A DNA stretch of 63,785 bases, filler included, from Octopus bimaculoides (lineage: Eukaryota), in assembly GCF_001194135.2 (NCBI RefSeq). It is 6 parts of 6 records of this genome, joined end to end, with 100 filler letters (N's around TTAATTAATTAA, not from the genome) between each part and the next. Parts side by side here need not be neighbours in the genome. Positions count along the whole stretch, not along the records: positions 1 to 10,362 come from NC_068986.1; positions 10,463 to 28,285 come from NC_068990.1; 4 more parts are not named here. One strand, given 5' to 3'. Positions within the stretch are counted from its first letter, which is position 1. Each line of letters begins with the position of its first letter. The translations under genes and the position numbers were made by a program. The notes beneath the pieces were generated by a model. It ran no database searches. It worked only from the letters and a program-made list of their open reading frames with translations, and was not told the origin of the DNA. Shown here one piece after another: positions 1 to 12,652 of this stretch.

Positions 1-2904
1 AGTCCTAAAGAGAGCATTCCGGTTTTAACTGTCAATGTACATCATTCTTTTACTCAAGGATATCGTTATTATATGCATTTAACGCATGTGTATATGTGTA
101 CCGATATGTCTCTCTCTCTCTCTATATATATATATACATATATATATGTATATGTGTATACATATATATATATGTATATATATATATATACACATATATA
201 TATGGATGTGTGTTCGTATGCATGAGAGTATATATGCATCAATATAAAGTACGTATATGTCTATGAATACAAGTATACATTTATGTTTATATATGTATGT
301 TTGTAAATACACACACATAAACACACGCACACATAATATATATATCTATATACATATACGCGCATACGCGCACGTATAAAGAAATACACTAAGACACTCA
401 CACGCACGCACACACACATACACACACTTGCACATACTGACTCACACATATTTATTTATATAAGGAAATACAATTAATGCAAGTATGTAAAAATAAATGT
501 AAGAAACATAGAAATAAAAATGGAGGGGGAGACGTATAAAACAAATTCCGCGCAAATAGTGAACTAGGAGAAAAGGAACGAAAAACTGTGTGTTTGTATT
601 TCTTCGTCTTTTGCGGAAATAAATGCAAGTAAGAGAAATATTTGATCCCTTGCTTGAAATATGGATCAATACTTCTAGGCAGGCTCTCTTTGTTTTTGTA
701 TTTTCGTGTATTTCATAGAATGTCTAAGGAGCGAAAAAAAAAACCCCACTAAACAAACAAACACAAAACTTCCAAAAACCTAACCTACAGCTATTAAGCT
801 TAAATTGTGTCAAAGAATAATATATAAATAAAATAGATAAATACACTTAGAAATATCAAACCAAAACAAATTAGGTGAATATGTAATTCACTTGTTTGTT
901 TTGCTTCTTGTTTAGTTGTGTTTATAAGATATTTTCTGGTGTGTTGTATACACACACAAAAAAAAAAAATGGCAGAAGCTAGTTTGGGTTGCATGTATAT
1001 TCAATAATATATAAGGTGGTGGAGCTCTGGTACAAGCTGGTGCGAGCTGGATAACAGTTTCAGATTAAATACTTCCGCCTTTTACAGAATTTTGTCTTTC
1101 CAAGTTTTTGAATTCAATGACTTTTTCGTTCGCGAATAGTCAGCCATTAATAAAGAGAGAGAGTGTGTGTGTGTGTGTGTGTGTGTGTGNNNNNNNNNNN
1201 NNNNNNNNNNNNNNNNNNNNNNNNNNNNNNNNNNNNNNNNNNNNNNNNNNNNNNNNNNNNNNNNNNNNNNNNNNNNNNNNNNNNNNNNNNNNNNNNNNNN
1301 NNNNNNNNNNNNNNNNNNNNNNNNNNNNNNNNNNNNNNNNNNNNNNNNNNNNNNNNNNNNNNNNNNNNNNNNNNNNNNNNNNNNNNNNNNNNNNNNNNNN
1401 NNNNNNNNNNNNNNNNNNNNNNNNNNNNNNNNNNNNNNNNNNNNNNNNNNNNNNNNNNNNNNNNNNNNNNNNNNNNNNNNNNNNNNNNNNNNNNNNNNNN
1501 NNNNNNNNNNNNNNNNNNNNNNNNNNNNNNNNNNNNNNNNNNNNNNNNNNNNNNNNNNNNNNNNNNAAAAAAAAAAAAAAAAAAAAAAAAGAAATGATAG
1601 ACAAACTCAACCTCGGCGAGATTTCTACTCAGAACAGCAGAGAGCTGGAACAAATATCGCAGCGCTTTCTATTCAACTCTCTAACGACTCACTCAATCGT
1701 AACTGGAATAACCTCTTGGAATAGCATTATACATAACAACATGAATAACATTTAAAGAGCACACCGTTTAAAAATACTTTTTTAATTTTATTTTTCACGT
1801 TTCATATTTCCCGTGCACTTATTTTTCTAGAAAATATAAATGAAAGACATGATATCTTCTTTGTTCTTCATAATATTTGAACCGTATTTATTGTTGACAT
1901 CTTAAAGAAAAAAAAAATGATAAACACGGAATTAACTTTGATTTATATTTTGAGATATTTATTGAGCAGTTTATAATTAAAAATCCATATCCCAAACGTT
2001 TAGAAGCGTTTTTTTTTTCAGTTCTCTTTTATTTGCGTACGTCTTTGAACAAGTTCTCCAAATTACGGTGAAATGTACACAGTATATGTTAGTCTACGAT
2101 TAATAGAATGAAATCGATATTAAATCAGTTCACTAAATATTTAATACTTATATTTCAAGCATTGCCAAAAGGTCATAAAATATGCAAAAGAAAAGAGTCG
2201 ATAAATGCGAGGATTACAACTTATTTTCATTGACATCGGAAGAATTAAGAGGCTAAGCCAAACTCACTGGGATTCGAACTCGGAGGGTAAAGCGACGCAA
2301 ATCATTTTCTTCTTTCGTTTTCTGAGTCTCGCATTCACCCGCCCTCGTTTTACAGCATATTTGATATCGTACTGTGTAGAAGACTACTGCGCAGTAGTGG
2401 GACCTTCAGGAAAGAGCAGCCAACTCTCCCTCAAATTACTCCTTACTGTCTTATTAAAAAGCATGAAATGGATAGTATAGCACTAAATAGACTATGGCTA
2501 AAAATAAGAATGGTATGACCGAGAACGGGGCAACCCTAATTGAACATACAAGGACATGTTCCATTATCGTAGATAACTATAATCAATTCAATCAAGATTA
2601 ACCTGGAACTAAACAATGATATATATTCAGTATTAAAAAGATACATAACGATACACATCTTAACAAAAAAAAAAGAGAAACTAAAAGAATGGAGTAAGTG
2701 GAGCAAGAACACACACGAAAGCGAAAAGTGTCATTTAAGAGGTCACAGATGTGTGACTAAAGATTTCCGGACAATGGACACGACTTAAAATGATAAAATA
2801 AGAACAGTAACAAATGACTGAAGTAAAAGATATATATAGTGCACGTGTTTATTGGCAAAAGAAAAATTACTATCTCGAAATACAATAATATATATATATA
2901 TATA

Positions 2905-3355
2905 AAGGCAGCGAACTGACAGAATCGTTAGCGCGTGAAGTGGCATTTCGTTAGTCTCTTCGTTCTGCGTTCAAATTTCGCCGAGGTCGAAATTGCCTTT
3001 CAACCTGTCGGGGTAGATAAAATAAGTACCAAATGGGCACTAGGGTTGAGGTAATCGACTTACCCGACTCCCACCCGAAATTACTGACCTTGTACCAACA
3101 TTTGAAATCGATATTGAAATATATAAGGACGGTGAGTTGGCACAATGGTTAGCATGCCGAGTTAAATGCTTAGTGATAGTTTGCTATGTCTTTAGGGTCA
3201 GAGTTCAAATTCTATCGAAGTCGGCTTTGCTCTTCATCTCTTCGGAGTCACTAAAATAAATACCAGTTGAGCATCGGGGGAGGGGGGTTTCGATGCAATC
3301 GACTAGACCCCTCTTCTAAAATTCCAGTTCATGTGCCTAAATTTGAAACCAATAT
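2905..3355 (+). mobile_element. Two tandem copies of tRNA-derived SINE family B
   Basis: Both carry the head GGCAGCGAACTGACAGAATCGTTAG / GGTGAGTTGGCACAATGGTTAG, a B-box-like GTTCAAATT, and the body seen in the other family B copies in the window. Boundaries approximate. Confidence 0.75.
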
Positions 3356-4555
3356 AAACACAAAATTCTACCGCCTCGGAATCAAGGATTCGATTTAATA
3401 TTTAAGCTTCCACAGACTTTCAGAATTTCACTTAAAATCTCAGAAGAAAAAAAATGCTAAAGAATTATAATAACATTTCCATATGCGATATCTTACAATA
3501 ATATTTTCTTATAACATGTTCTCAAGGAATATGAACGTAGTCTGTGGATGAAATATGAATAGATATCTGAAAGAAAGAAGCGGATGGCATACTAGCTTTC
3601 AGTTTTATAATTTCATAAGTGATCTATAAAAAGGAAAAAATATGAGGCTTCTTTTTGTTAATGAAAAAGGGAAAAAAAGAGAGATTTAAAAAAATGTGAT
3701 TTGAAGATCGGAGTTTGAATACGTTGAATAGTTATTAGGATTTCATGTAGGAGATGTTCAAAGTGCTTTACATGTGATTGAGAAGATGAGGAAACGTTAG
3801 AAAGAATAACCCAAAAGTCGATCGAAGTTAAAGAAGAAACTGACAGTGGCATTCACTTTAATTGTGAGCTGCTTTGGCAATTTTACACAAAGGCGTTACA
3901 AACACTGATTGTAGCTGAAACGTGATTAAAAATGTGCATTCGGCTATGCAGGGATACAAAAAAAAAAAAAAACCAAAACAAAAAAAATCCAGCAAGAAAA
4001 AAATACAAAGAAGAATGAAATCCACTCAAAAGTGATTGATCTTATATTTTTGGAAATGAGACATAATACAAATCGACATGTAAAAATCTTCGATTCACAT
4101 CCAAGTGCTGGTTCAATAACCACCATCATTCCTTACGTCGTGTTCACTTTTCATACCGACTTCATTATAAGTCGTATATGATTTTTCGCACCCAACACAA
4201 CACCGCAACACTATTCTGAATAACTGGATGTTACCTTTTTCTATCATACATGTCATTTAAACTGAATTAACTGTCCATTTCAAATATTCCCCGATTGTAT
4301 TTCTTCTGCATTGAACAAAGTAAAGCCGACTCAGAATTAATTGTTGTAAGAATGTTTTTTATTATGCATCCATCAATTGTATTCTTATGCAATTGCGACA
4401 CATATCTGCAATCCATGATTTTCGACCAAAAATTAGATAAAAAAAAACACGTAAGACAAACGATAAAAAAACGAAAACGAATACAAAAAAAAGGGTGGCT
4501 AATTGAATGGAACATAAAAAAGCACACTACCACATGTATTTGTACATTAAATATC

Positions 4556-4586
<31 letters not shown>

Positions 4587-5158
4587 TGTATGTATGTATT
4601 ATCGGGTCGTCGGCGACTAAGATGGTAACTCCATCAATCTTGACGAGAAGGGTGATTGTTGTAAACTCTGCAGGACGAAAAATAAGACTTGCCTAAGGGC
4701 GGAAGATCTCATGAGCAGTCAGACCATACGTGTCCGTGTGTATGTATGCATGTATATATGTAAGCGCGGGGACGTGGAAATACCTGGATTGGTGTCCAGA
4801 CGTGCAGTTGGCCCACTGAGAGTGGGAGGATCCTCTGTTGTTGTCACATGTCTCTAGGAGAGGGAAACTCCGAGAAAAAAACTGCGACACTGACAATATT
4901 CGATAGTGTAGACTAGTTCTTCTTTTCGAGTTTACGTTGTCTATGTTTAGAGAATGGGATTGGATTCGTACAAATACTTTCCCCATTATAAAAGATCATC
5001 ATGCACAGGCATCGCTTGAAATAAAAGAACTGTCACAAAAATGGCTGGTCGTACCAGTCGCATATCTGAGACTTTCGATCAGACGATGGCAATACTCGAA
5101 CACGAGTTTGCGGCCATCATATATGTATGTGTGTATGGTATGTATGAATGTATGTATG

Positions 5159-5192
<34 letters not shown>

Positions 5193-5371
5193 TGTCATTA
5201 TTCAGTTTATTTGAAGATTTCATGCCAAGAGAGAAAGAACCGGTTTCTAACCTAGAGCTAACATTCTTTCATTGGAATTTCAACATCAACAGGCTATTTG
5301 TGTTTGTATGCATGTATGTATGTATGTATGTATGTATGTATGTATGTATGTATGTATGTACGTACGTAGGT

Positions 5372-5656
5372 GTGGAGGCGCAATGGCCCAGTGGTTAGGG
5401 CAGCGAACTCGCGGTCATAGGATCGCGGTTTCGATTCCCAGACCGGGCGTTGTGAGTGTTTCTGTTGTGCCTGTAATTCAAAGGGCAAGCCTTGTCACAC
5501 TCTGTGTCTCACTGAATCTCCCCGAGAACTACGTTAAGGGTACACGTGTCTGTGGAGTGCTCAGCCACTTGCACGTTAATTTCACGAGCAGGCTGTTCCG
5601 TTGATCGGATCAACTGGAACCCTCGTCGTCGTAAGCGACGGAGTGCCAACAACAAC
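5372..5656 (+). mobile_element. tRNA-derived SINE family A, internally deleted, (CAA)n tail
   Basis: Head GTGGAGGCGCAATGGCCCAGTGGTTAG (A box) and GTTTCGATTCCC (B box). 13-bp TSD ATGTACGTACGTA at 5356-5368 and 5659-5671. Near-identical to the copies at 15280 and 55811. Confidence 0.9.
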
Positions 5657-6351
5657 AAATGTACGTACGTATGTATGTATCTGGGTGTATACGGAAGTCT
5701 CTATCAATCTTTTTGTGTATATAAACGAATATGGCAAATATGAAACTCTACTGTAAAGTATTGAGGTAATCTTCAATTTAATATTCAACTGATTTTATGT
5801 GTATTTGGTTGTATCTCGGGAGGGTTAATATATCAATACTAAAAGCACGTTCTGGTTATATTTTGTTTCTTTATTTGTCAATTATCAATTAGTTAACTAA
5901 CAAATTAATTAATTGATTGTTTCATTAATTGTTCCTCATTAAATCGTTTAAATATATTAATGTCCTTTCATCTCCTTTTGGAGACCTCATCAATCATGAG
6001 TCTTCTGCACTCCAGAACTGTTTCAGTTCTATCTGGAGGAGAGGGCATATTCATGAGGTTTCGAATGACGACGAGAGGGCTTTGACAAACCAAGGTTATT
6101 GATTGAGTGACTGTCCGAACGATTAGTCACACAATCGATTAGTTAATTGCTTAAATAGTTAACAGTTGAAAAATAAAGAAGTGAAACAGAAACGGTGCGT
6201 GTGTTTATCATTGGCAGAATGATCCTCCCGAGACACTACAAAATACGTTGTATGAGTTCACATCAAGAGTTTTGCAAGCCAAATATAAAAACAAAATGTC
6301 TTTATATATATATAGCTTTACTTGAAATCAAACACACACGCACACACAAAC

Positions 6352-6353
6352 AT

Positions 6354-6425
<72 letters not shown>

Positions 6426-6485
6426 ACCCATTCACACACACAAACACACACATGTACACACGCACATACACACACGCTCACACAC
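6352..6485. repeat. (CA)n microsatellite with degenerate extension
   Basis: Direct reading of a long CA run. Representative of dozens of CA/TA/TATG/ATCT tracts in the window. Confidence 0.95.
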
Positions 6486-7135
6486 ATATGATCTCGATAT
6501 ATAAGTGGAGACATATCAATATAGCTTTTGATTTTTGCATGCCTGGTTAAACAAACGACTTGAAATTTAATGTAGCGCCGTTCACAATGTCTAGCAGGAT
6601 TTATGGGAATAATAAGCAATGTGTTTAAAACGCTACCGGGAAAGAAACGTTTAACTGATATTTCCGCCATGCATGTAACTGTCTTTGTATTAGATATATT
6701 AAAGCTGAGCTGAGGCCGGTGATTTAGCGAGCCACCCGGTACACATAAAAATAGGTAACGCCGTGAGAACTCTTTTTCACGTTTGTGGTTAGCATGAGAA
6801 GGAATACAACCGCAGTTACTCCTGTTGGTATCGAACCATTTCTTAATCACCTTACCACATTTATCTTAAAGTCACGCATTTAAAAGCAGTCACGGACTCA
6901 TAAGTTAATTCAGCTTATATTGAAACGTGTGCTATTCGAAATATCATTGTTAACATTAATTCAATATTTCATTTTTTTTTTTAAAGATGGCTAATTCCAC
7001 GGACAAAATCATAGCTACACTGCCTTTATTCTTCTCTTGACATATGAAACATATAATGGACTTCTCTATATTAAAGAAACGAGTCGTAAGTTAATGTAAT
7101 GATGTCTATATTAGATTGGTTAATATATTTTTACA

Positions 7136-7188
7136 GTGGAGGCGCAATGTCTCAGTGGTTAGAGCAGCGGACTCGCGGTCATAGGATC
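7136..7188 (+). mobile_element. SINE family A, head only
   Basis: GTGGAGGCGCAATGTCTCAGTGGTTAGAGCAGCGGACTCGCGGTCATAGGATC, then unrelated sequence. Confidence 0.8.
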
Positions 7189-7531
7189 TACCGTGTCCTT
7201 TCTTAACGAGCAACGATGTGCTGTTTTCGAGAACATCGGAAAAAAACATAATTACGAACAACAACAGAACCGTACCTCATACATACAGACACAAACTGAA
7301 ATAATATACAGCATTTAAAATTCTCACATAAGACATAGCAAAGAAAGCAAATCGACCCACGAATATATTTAGAAACATAGAGCAATTAAAATAGTCATAT
7401 ATCGCAGAGAGAAACAACATTGGTGTACAAACCATAAAATAAACCCATAAATAGGGTATATATACATATATATGTGTGTGCATTTATGTAAGCATAAATA
7501 CCTATATATATGTATGCACCCATATAGATTT

Positions 7532-7588
<57 letters not shown>

Positions 7589-7593
7589 CCTGA

Positions 7594-7640
<47 letters not shown>

Positions 7641-8114
7641 TTATGTTTGTATGCGTACACATCTGTGTATACGGATCATACTCGAATACATACATAAACA
7701 CTCATTTTCATAACAGAAGCGCGCACTCAAAACGCACATATAAATCCCAATATTTATAAAGTTTCAGTATTTAAAGATGTTTGTGAGATAGTGCTTTCTT
7801 CTAGACCCCGTGTACTTTAGGTTATGTTTGATATTTTACTTGAGTCAGCCATTTGACTCCTGCCATGCTAGGGTACCACCTTGAAGAGTTCAATTGAACA
7901 AATCAACCCACAGTATTAATTTTTACGTCAGGTATCTTTGCTATAGTTAATTTACGGAGACGTAAAGAAACCAACAGCGGTTGTGAAAACATACATACAT
8001 AAATACATGATGGTTGTCTACTTCTTTTGCAGAGTGTAGGCCACCTCTTACACTTACACCTTAGATCTATCATGGCGTCTGATGTTGCTTTCTAAACTGA
8101 CAATGTTTTGAAAA

Positions 8115-8428
8115 GAAATTAACGTGCAAGTGGCTGAGCGCTCCACAGACACGTGTACCCTTAACGTAGTTCTCGGGGATATTCAACGTGATACAGTGTA
8201 ACAAGGCTGACCCTTTGAATTACAGGCACAACAGAAACAGGAAAAAAGAGTGAGAGAAAGTTGTGGTGAAAGAGTACAGCAGGGTTCGCCACCATCCCCT
8301 GCCGGAGCCTCGTGGTGCTTTAGGTGTTTTCGCTCAATAAACACTCACAACGCCCGGTCTGGGAATCGAAACCGTGTTCCTATGACCGCGAGTCCGCTGC
8401 CCTAACCACTGGGCCATTGCGCCTCCAC
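8115..8428 (-). mobile_element. SINE family A, 3' end missing
   Basis: Reverse complement of the family A head and body. Confidence 0.9.
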
Positions 8429-8444
8429 TACATACATACATACA

Positions 8445-8477
<33 letters not shown>

Positions 8478-9391
8478 GAATAATATACCTCCAGACATAA
8501 ACATTCATACATACAAACAGATATACACACACACACTCACACACACATACACATATACCAAGCAGTTTTGGGTTCAGTCGCACTAATTGACACCTTCGGC
8601 AAGTGTCGGCTGGCTTCCACACAGTTTCCATCTACCGAATTCACTCGCATTGCACTGGTCGACTCGGTGCTATTGCATAAATCACATTCACAAAGCACCA
8701 CACGGTGAGATTGAACCTGTGAACAGATGACTGTAGAGCAAGCTTATGAACGACACAACCAGTCCTGTGCTTATAACACTTTACGTGCATGCGTGGGAGT
8801 TTTTCTCAGGTCCTAATGTGCTTAGATTTATAGAAAGGTCTCAGAAAAAATGGTTGACTTGTAAGAAGCTAATATTTCGTTTTGACCGCTTTCGGCGGAT
8901 GCTCGTTCAATCTTTCTTTCTTTAGCTTGTTATAAAATGTTTCAGACATATCAATCTTGTTAATGACGACGGCAAAACTGTCAAGGATATCAACAGATCT
9001 AAATAAAGATAGCAATCATAACCTACATCAGCAGCTCAATAATTACCAGCGTCGCATAGCAGGACAAATAGCAACACCATCTCCGTTAACAGCCATCGCC
9101 AAAATCACAACCACCACCACCACCACCACCACCACATCGCCCCGGCAACGCCGTCTACATCATCGCAAAACGAAAAACAACAGCAACCGCAGTAACAACA
9201 AGGTTAAACAGATGTATGAACAACAGCAGCGGTCGAATGAGCAACGTTAATGGCAGCAGATATATTGATAACAATATACATGTGTGTACGTATGTGTGTG
9301 CATGTGTGTGTGTGTACGTGCATATATATATATACAATATATATATATACATACATGCGCAAGTACAAGCATACATACATACACATATATG

Positions 9392-9428
<37 letters not shown>

Positions 9429-9438
9429 NNNNNNNNNN

Positions 9439-9472
<34 letters not shown>

Positions 9473-9562
9473 TGCATACACACACATACATGTTAATATG
9501 CATACATACATACACACATGTAGACATATACATGTAAATATGCTCATGCTTGAATTTTTGCG

Positions 9563-9617
<55 letters not shown>

Positions 9618-9696
9618 GTGCATATATATGTGTTTGTGTGTGTATATATATATATATATGCACACTCATATATATATGTACACACANNNNNNNNNN

Positions 9697-9731
<35 letters not shown>

Positions 9732-9791
9732 GTGCATATATATGTGTTTGTGTGTGTATATATATATATATATGCACACTCATATATATAT

Positions 9792-9829
<38 letters not shown>

Positions 9830-9830
9830 G

Positions 9831-9885
<55 letters not shown>

Positions 9886-10199
9886 ATGTATTTATATATA
9901 TATATATATACACATATACACATATATATACATTAATGTATGTATATGTATACTAATTTATATGTGAATATATATGGGTGTGTGTACATATTACATATAC
10001 ACGCATTTATGTTTGTATCCCTACATATGTATTATATTCGAATAGTACACACATGCGCACATGCTTGCACGCAACCAGACACATAGGCCCGCTCTCAGAC
10101 ACATATTCTCGCACTGAGACACGCACGCACACGGATACACATATAAATTTTAATATTTATAAATTACATAAACCATCAAATCACTTTACAGCCGCGCAC

Positions 10200-10249
<50 letters not shown>

Positions 10250-10362
10250 AGAAGCACATAAATATACACACCCATACACACACGCTTAATAGTATATATG
10301 CAATAATGAGTATACTTATGCATGCCCATAAACATCCATATATATATATATATATATATATA

Positions 10363-10462
10363 NNNNNNNNNNNNNNNNNNNNNNNNNNNNNNNNNNNNNN
10401 NNNNNNTTAATTAATTAANNNNNNNNNNNNNNNNNNNNNNNNNNNNNNNNNNNNNNNNNNNN
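10363..10462. other. Artificial scaffolding spacer
   Basis: 44 N + TTAATTAATTAA + 44 N. Identical spacers at 28286-28385, 38573-38672, 54471-54570 and 61465-61564. Confidence 0.95.
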
Positions 10463-12143
10463 TTGGTGTTTGCGGTGGAGAAGGTGTTGCTATTTGTTGT
10501 GAGTGTGTGTTGTTGTTGTTGCCGATGATGTTGGGAAGCTCACCTTTTTCGCGCCTCCCCTCTTTGTCAATTGTTTCTTTTGTCTTTCTTCTCCGTTTTT
10601 TCTTTGGTGGTACAGTGTGCCACTTCCCTTTCTCACTATCAGTGCTCGCACAATCCGAGCTGATCTGATCTAGAAAGGGAATGTTTGTCGGATCTGGCGA
10701 AAATTCTTTTGCAATTTCTGTTGTTGTTGTTGCTGGTTCTGTTGTTGTTGGTTCTGTTATCTTCTTTGGTGTGAAGGTTCTTGGGGTTGGTGTTGGTGTT
10801 GGTGTTGGTTTGGTGATGGCTGGAGATGGTGGTGTCGCTTTTCGTGGTGTTGGTGGTGATGGTGTTGGTGGTGTGGAGGCTTTTGGTTGTTGTTGTTCTT
10901 GTTGCTGCAATTTTCTATTTCTGTCTGCCTCCACTCTTTGCTTGTAGATGGGGCAGTCTTTTGTTAGGTGTTTTTCGCTGCTGCAAAGGTAGCACTTTGG
11001 TCTGCGCCCCTCTACAGCAATGTTTATCCTACTGCCATCCGGCAGGTTTATTGCGTCGGGTATGGTATTTATGCTATCTTGTTCAATTTGAACAAGGAGT
11101 TGCATTTCCATGCCCAACTAGTTTTTTTCTTTCACTCTGTGCACCTCCAGAATAGTGGCAGTCTCTTCAATGTCGAAGAGCACAGCTGCCACTAGCCAGG
11201 AGGTGTTCAGTTCTGGCCGCACTTGATTTATTTTTATTTTTGTCACGCGTCGACCAAGGTATGTCGGCACGAGTAATAAATCGTCCGCCTTTAATGGTGT
11301 TGTGGAGTGCCGGATGGCATCCTCTTCCGTTGGGAAGTGCACTTCCACTGTTCCAAAGCGCTTCCCTTTGGTTACGAAACTTTTCTGGCCCCATATGGGC
11401 TTTAGAGCTATCTCCAATCTCTGTGGGGTAGCACTCTCCATCTTTTGGTATTTTGTGTTGAACACCTTGTATACTATTGTTTTTCTCTTTGTTGCTTGTA
11501 TTAATGCTTGTGGAGTGTTAAGGAAGACATTATTGCCATCCCTTCTTAACAATTCCTTGGCATTCTTTATTTCTGCCATTGTCACTTTGACTTCTTCTGA
11601 GCTCTGCTTAGCTGCGGAAGCGAAACCGTTACAATGGCTACTGGTTGTGGTCTTGGTGCTGTTGCTGGTGTTGTTTTCTTTGTATGTTTGTTCTTTGTTC
11701 TATTTTCCTCCTCCTTCTCCGGTGTAGGAGCAATGGTAGAGGTGAGAGCTGGGAAGTCAGCGTCAGAAAGTCTGTTAAACAGACCTGAATCAGGAACGCT
11801 GTCCCCTATGGCGTCAACTGGGCGGGGTGAAATGTGACTTGACCCGTCATTCTTTTTGTCGGGGAGTGATGCAGAGAGAAGAGAACAGCTGGCTGCTCTT
11901 TTCAATGACATTTTGCCTTTTGTGGCATTAACTGGGCGGGGTGAAAAATGACTTGACCCGTCATTCTTTTTGTCGGGGAGTGATGCAGAGAGAAGAGAAC
12001 AGCTGGTTATTTTTTTTCCGACATTTTTCAGATATGATACGTGTGAAATGTGAAGATGGAAATGTTTCAAACGATGAATTCACCCCTAAATGGGGGAAAT
12101 CTCGCCTAACCGACTAGCTCCGCAAGAACCTAGTCGGCTTGGC
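10463..12143 (-). mobile_element. Non-LTR retrotransposon ORF1 (Tx1/L1-type gag-like protein) with 5' UTR, disrupted
   Basis: Three consecutive minus-strand ORFs join into one protein. It has a CCHC knuckle CYLCSSEKHLTKDC, a Pro/Thr-rich linker and a basic KKKRRRK patch. There is one frameshift near 11590 and one in-frame TAG at 11118-11120 (probably ex-TGG). It runs into the scaffold spacer at 10462. Clade assignment is inference. Confidence 0.8.
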
Positions 12144-12652
12144 TACAACAATATATAAAAATTAAAACAGATTTCAATAATAATTGCCGATAGATGTGTA
12201 ATAATTTAATGCTTCTGTGATGAGAAATTGAAAAAAGGACTTTGGTCTGTGTAATAGTTCAAAAAAATAATTGTTGATAGGTGTATATCGGAGAACTATG
12301 AAATAATTAATTTCTCTGTGATAGGAGATTGAAAAAAAAGATTTTGTTCTATGTGATAGATGGAGAAAAAAATAATGAAAAAATATACTGTGTGTAGAAA
12401 AAAATCTCAAGGTGGGGAGGTGTCGTGAAGGACACCCCCTAGCCAGAGAAGTGGGCTATTTCACTACAAATAAATAGTTAACAGACATAACGAGTGGGGC
12501 TGTCGGCGAGGCACACCATTCGGCTACTCATACATTCCGGGCCAGTCGGGACGACGACGATGTACGTCGTCATAATACCACACAGAGCAGTGTCGAGCAA
12601 GACACAACAGACATAATAGAGAACTGAAATACAGAAATATAAAATAAGTAAA

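Noticed and set aside
3903-3925. CTGATTGTAGCTGAAACGTG as a hammerhead
   Set aside because: No CUGANGA and no stem II.
5985-6030. Minus-strand CRRLMIDEVS resembling a Pif1/Helitron Walker B
   Set aside because: Single short motif, no Walker A or other helicase motifs nearby.
9062-9085. About 20-bp match (IATPSP) to the LINE ORF1 at about 10475-10495
   Set aside because: Too short and low in complexity to imply homology.
9550-9850. About 100-bp duplicated block around the 10-N gap at 9687-9696
   Set aside because: Typical unmerged contig overlap in a microsatellite; assembly artefact.
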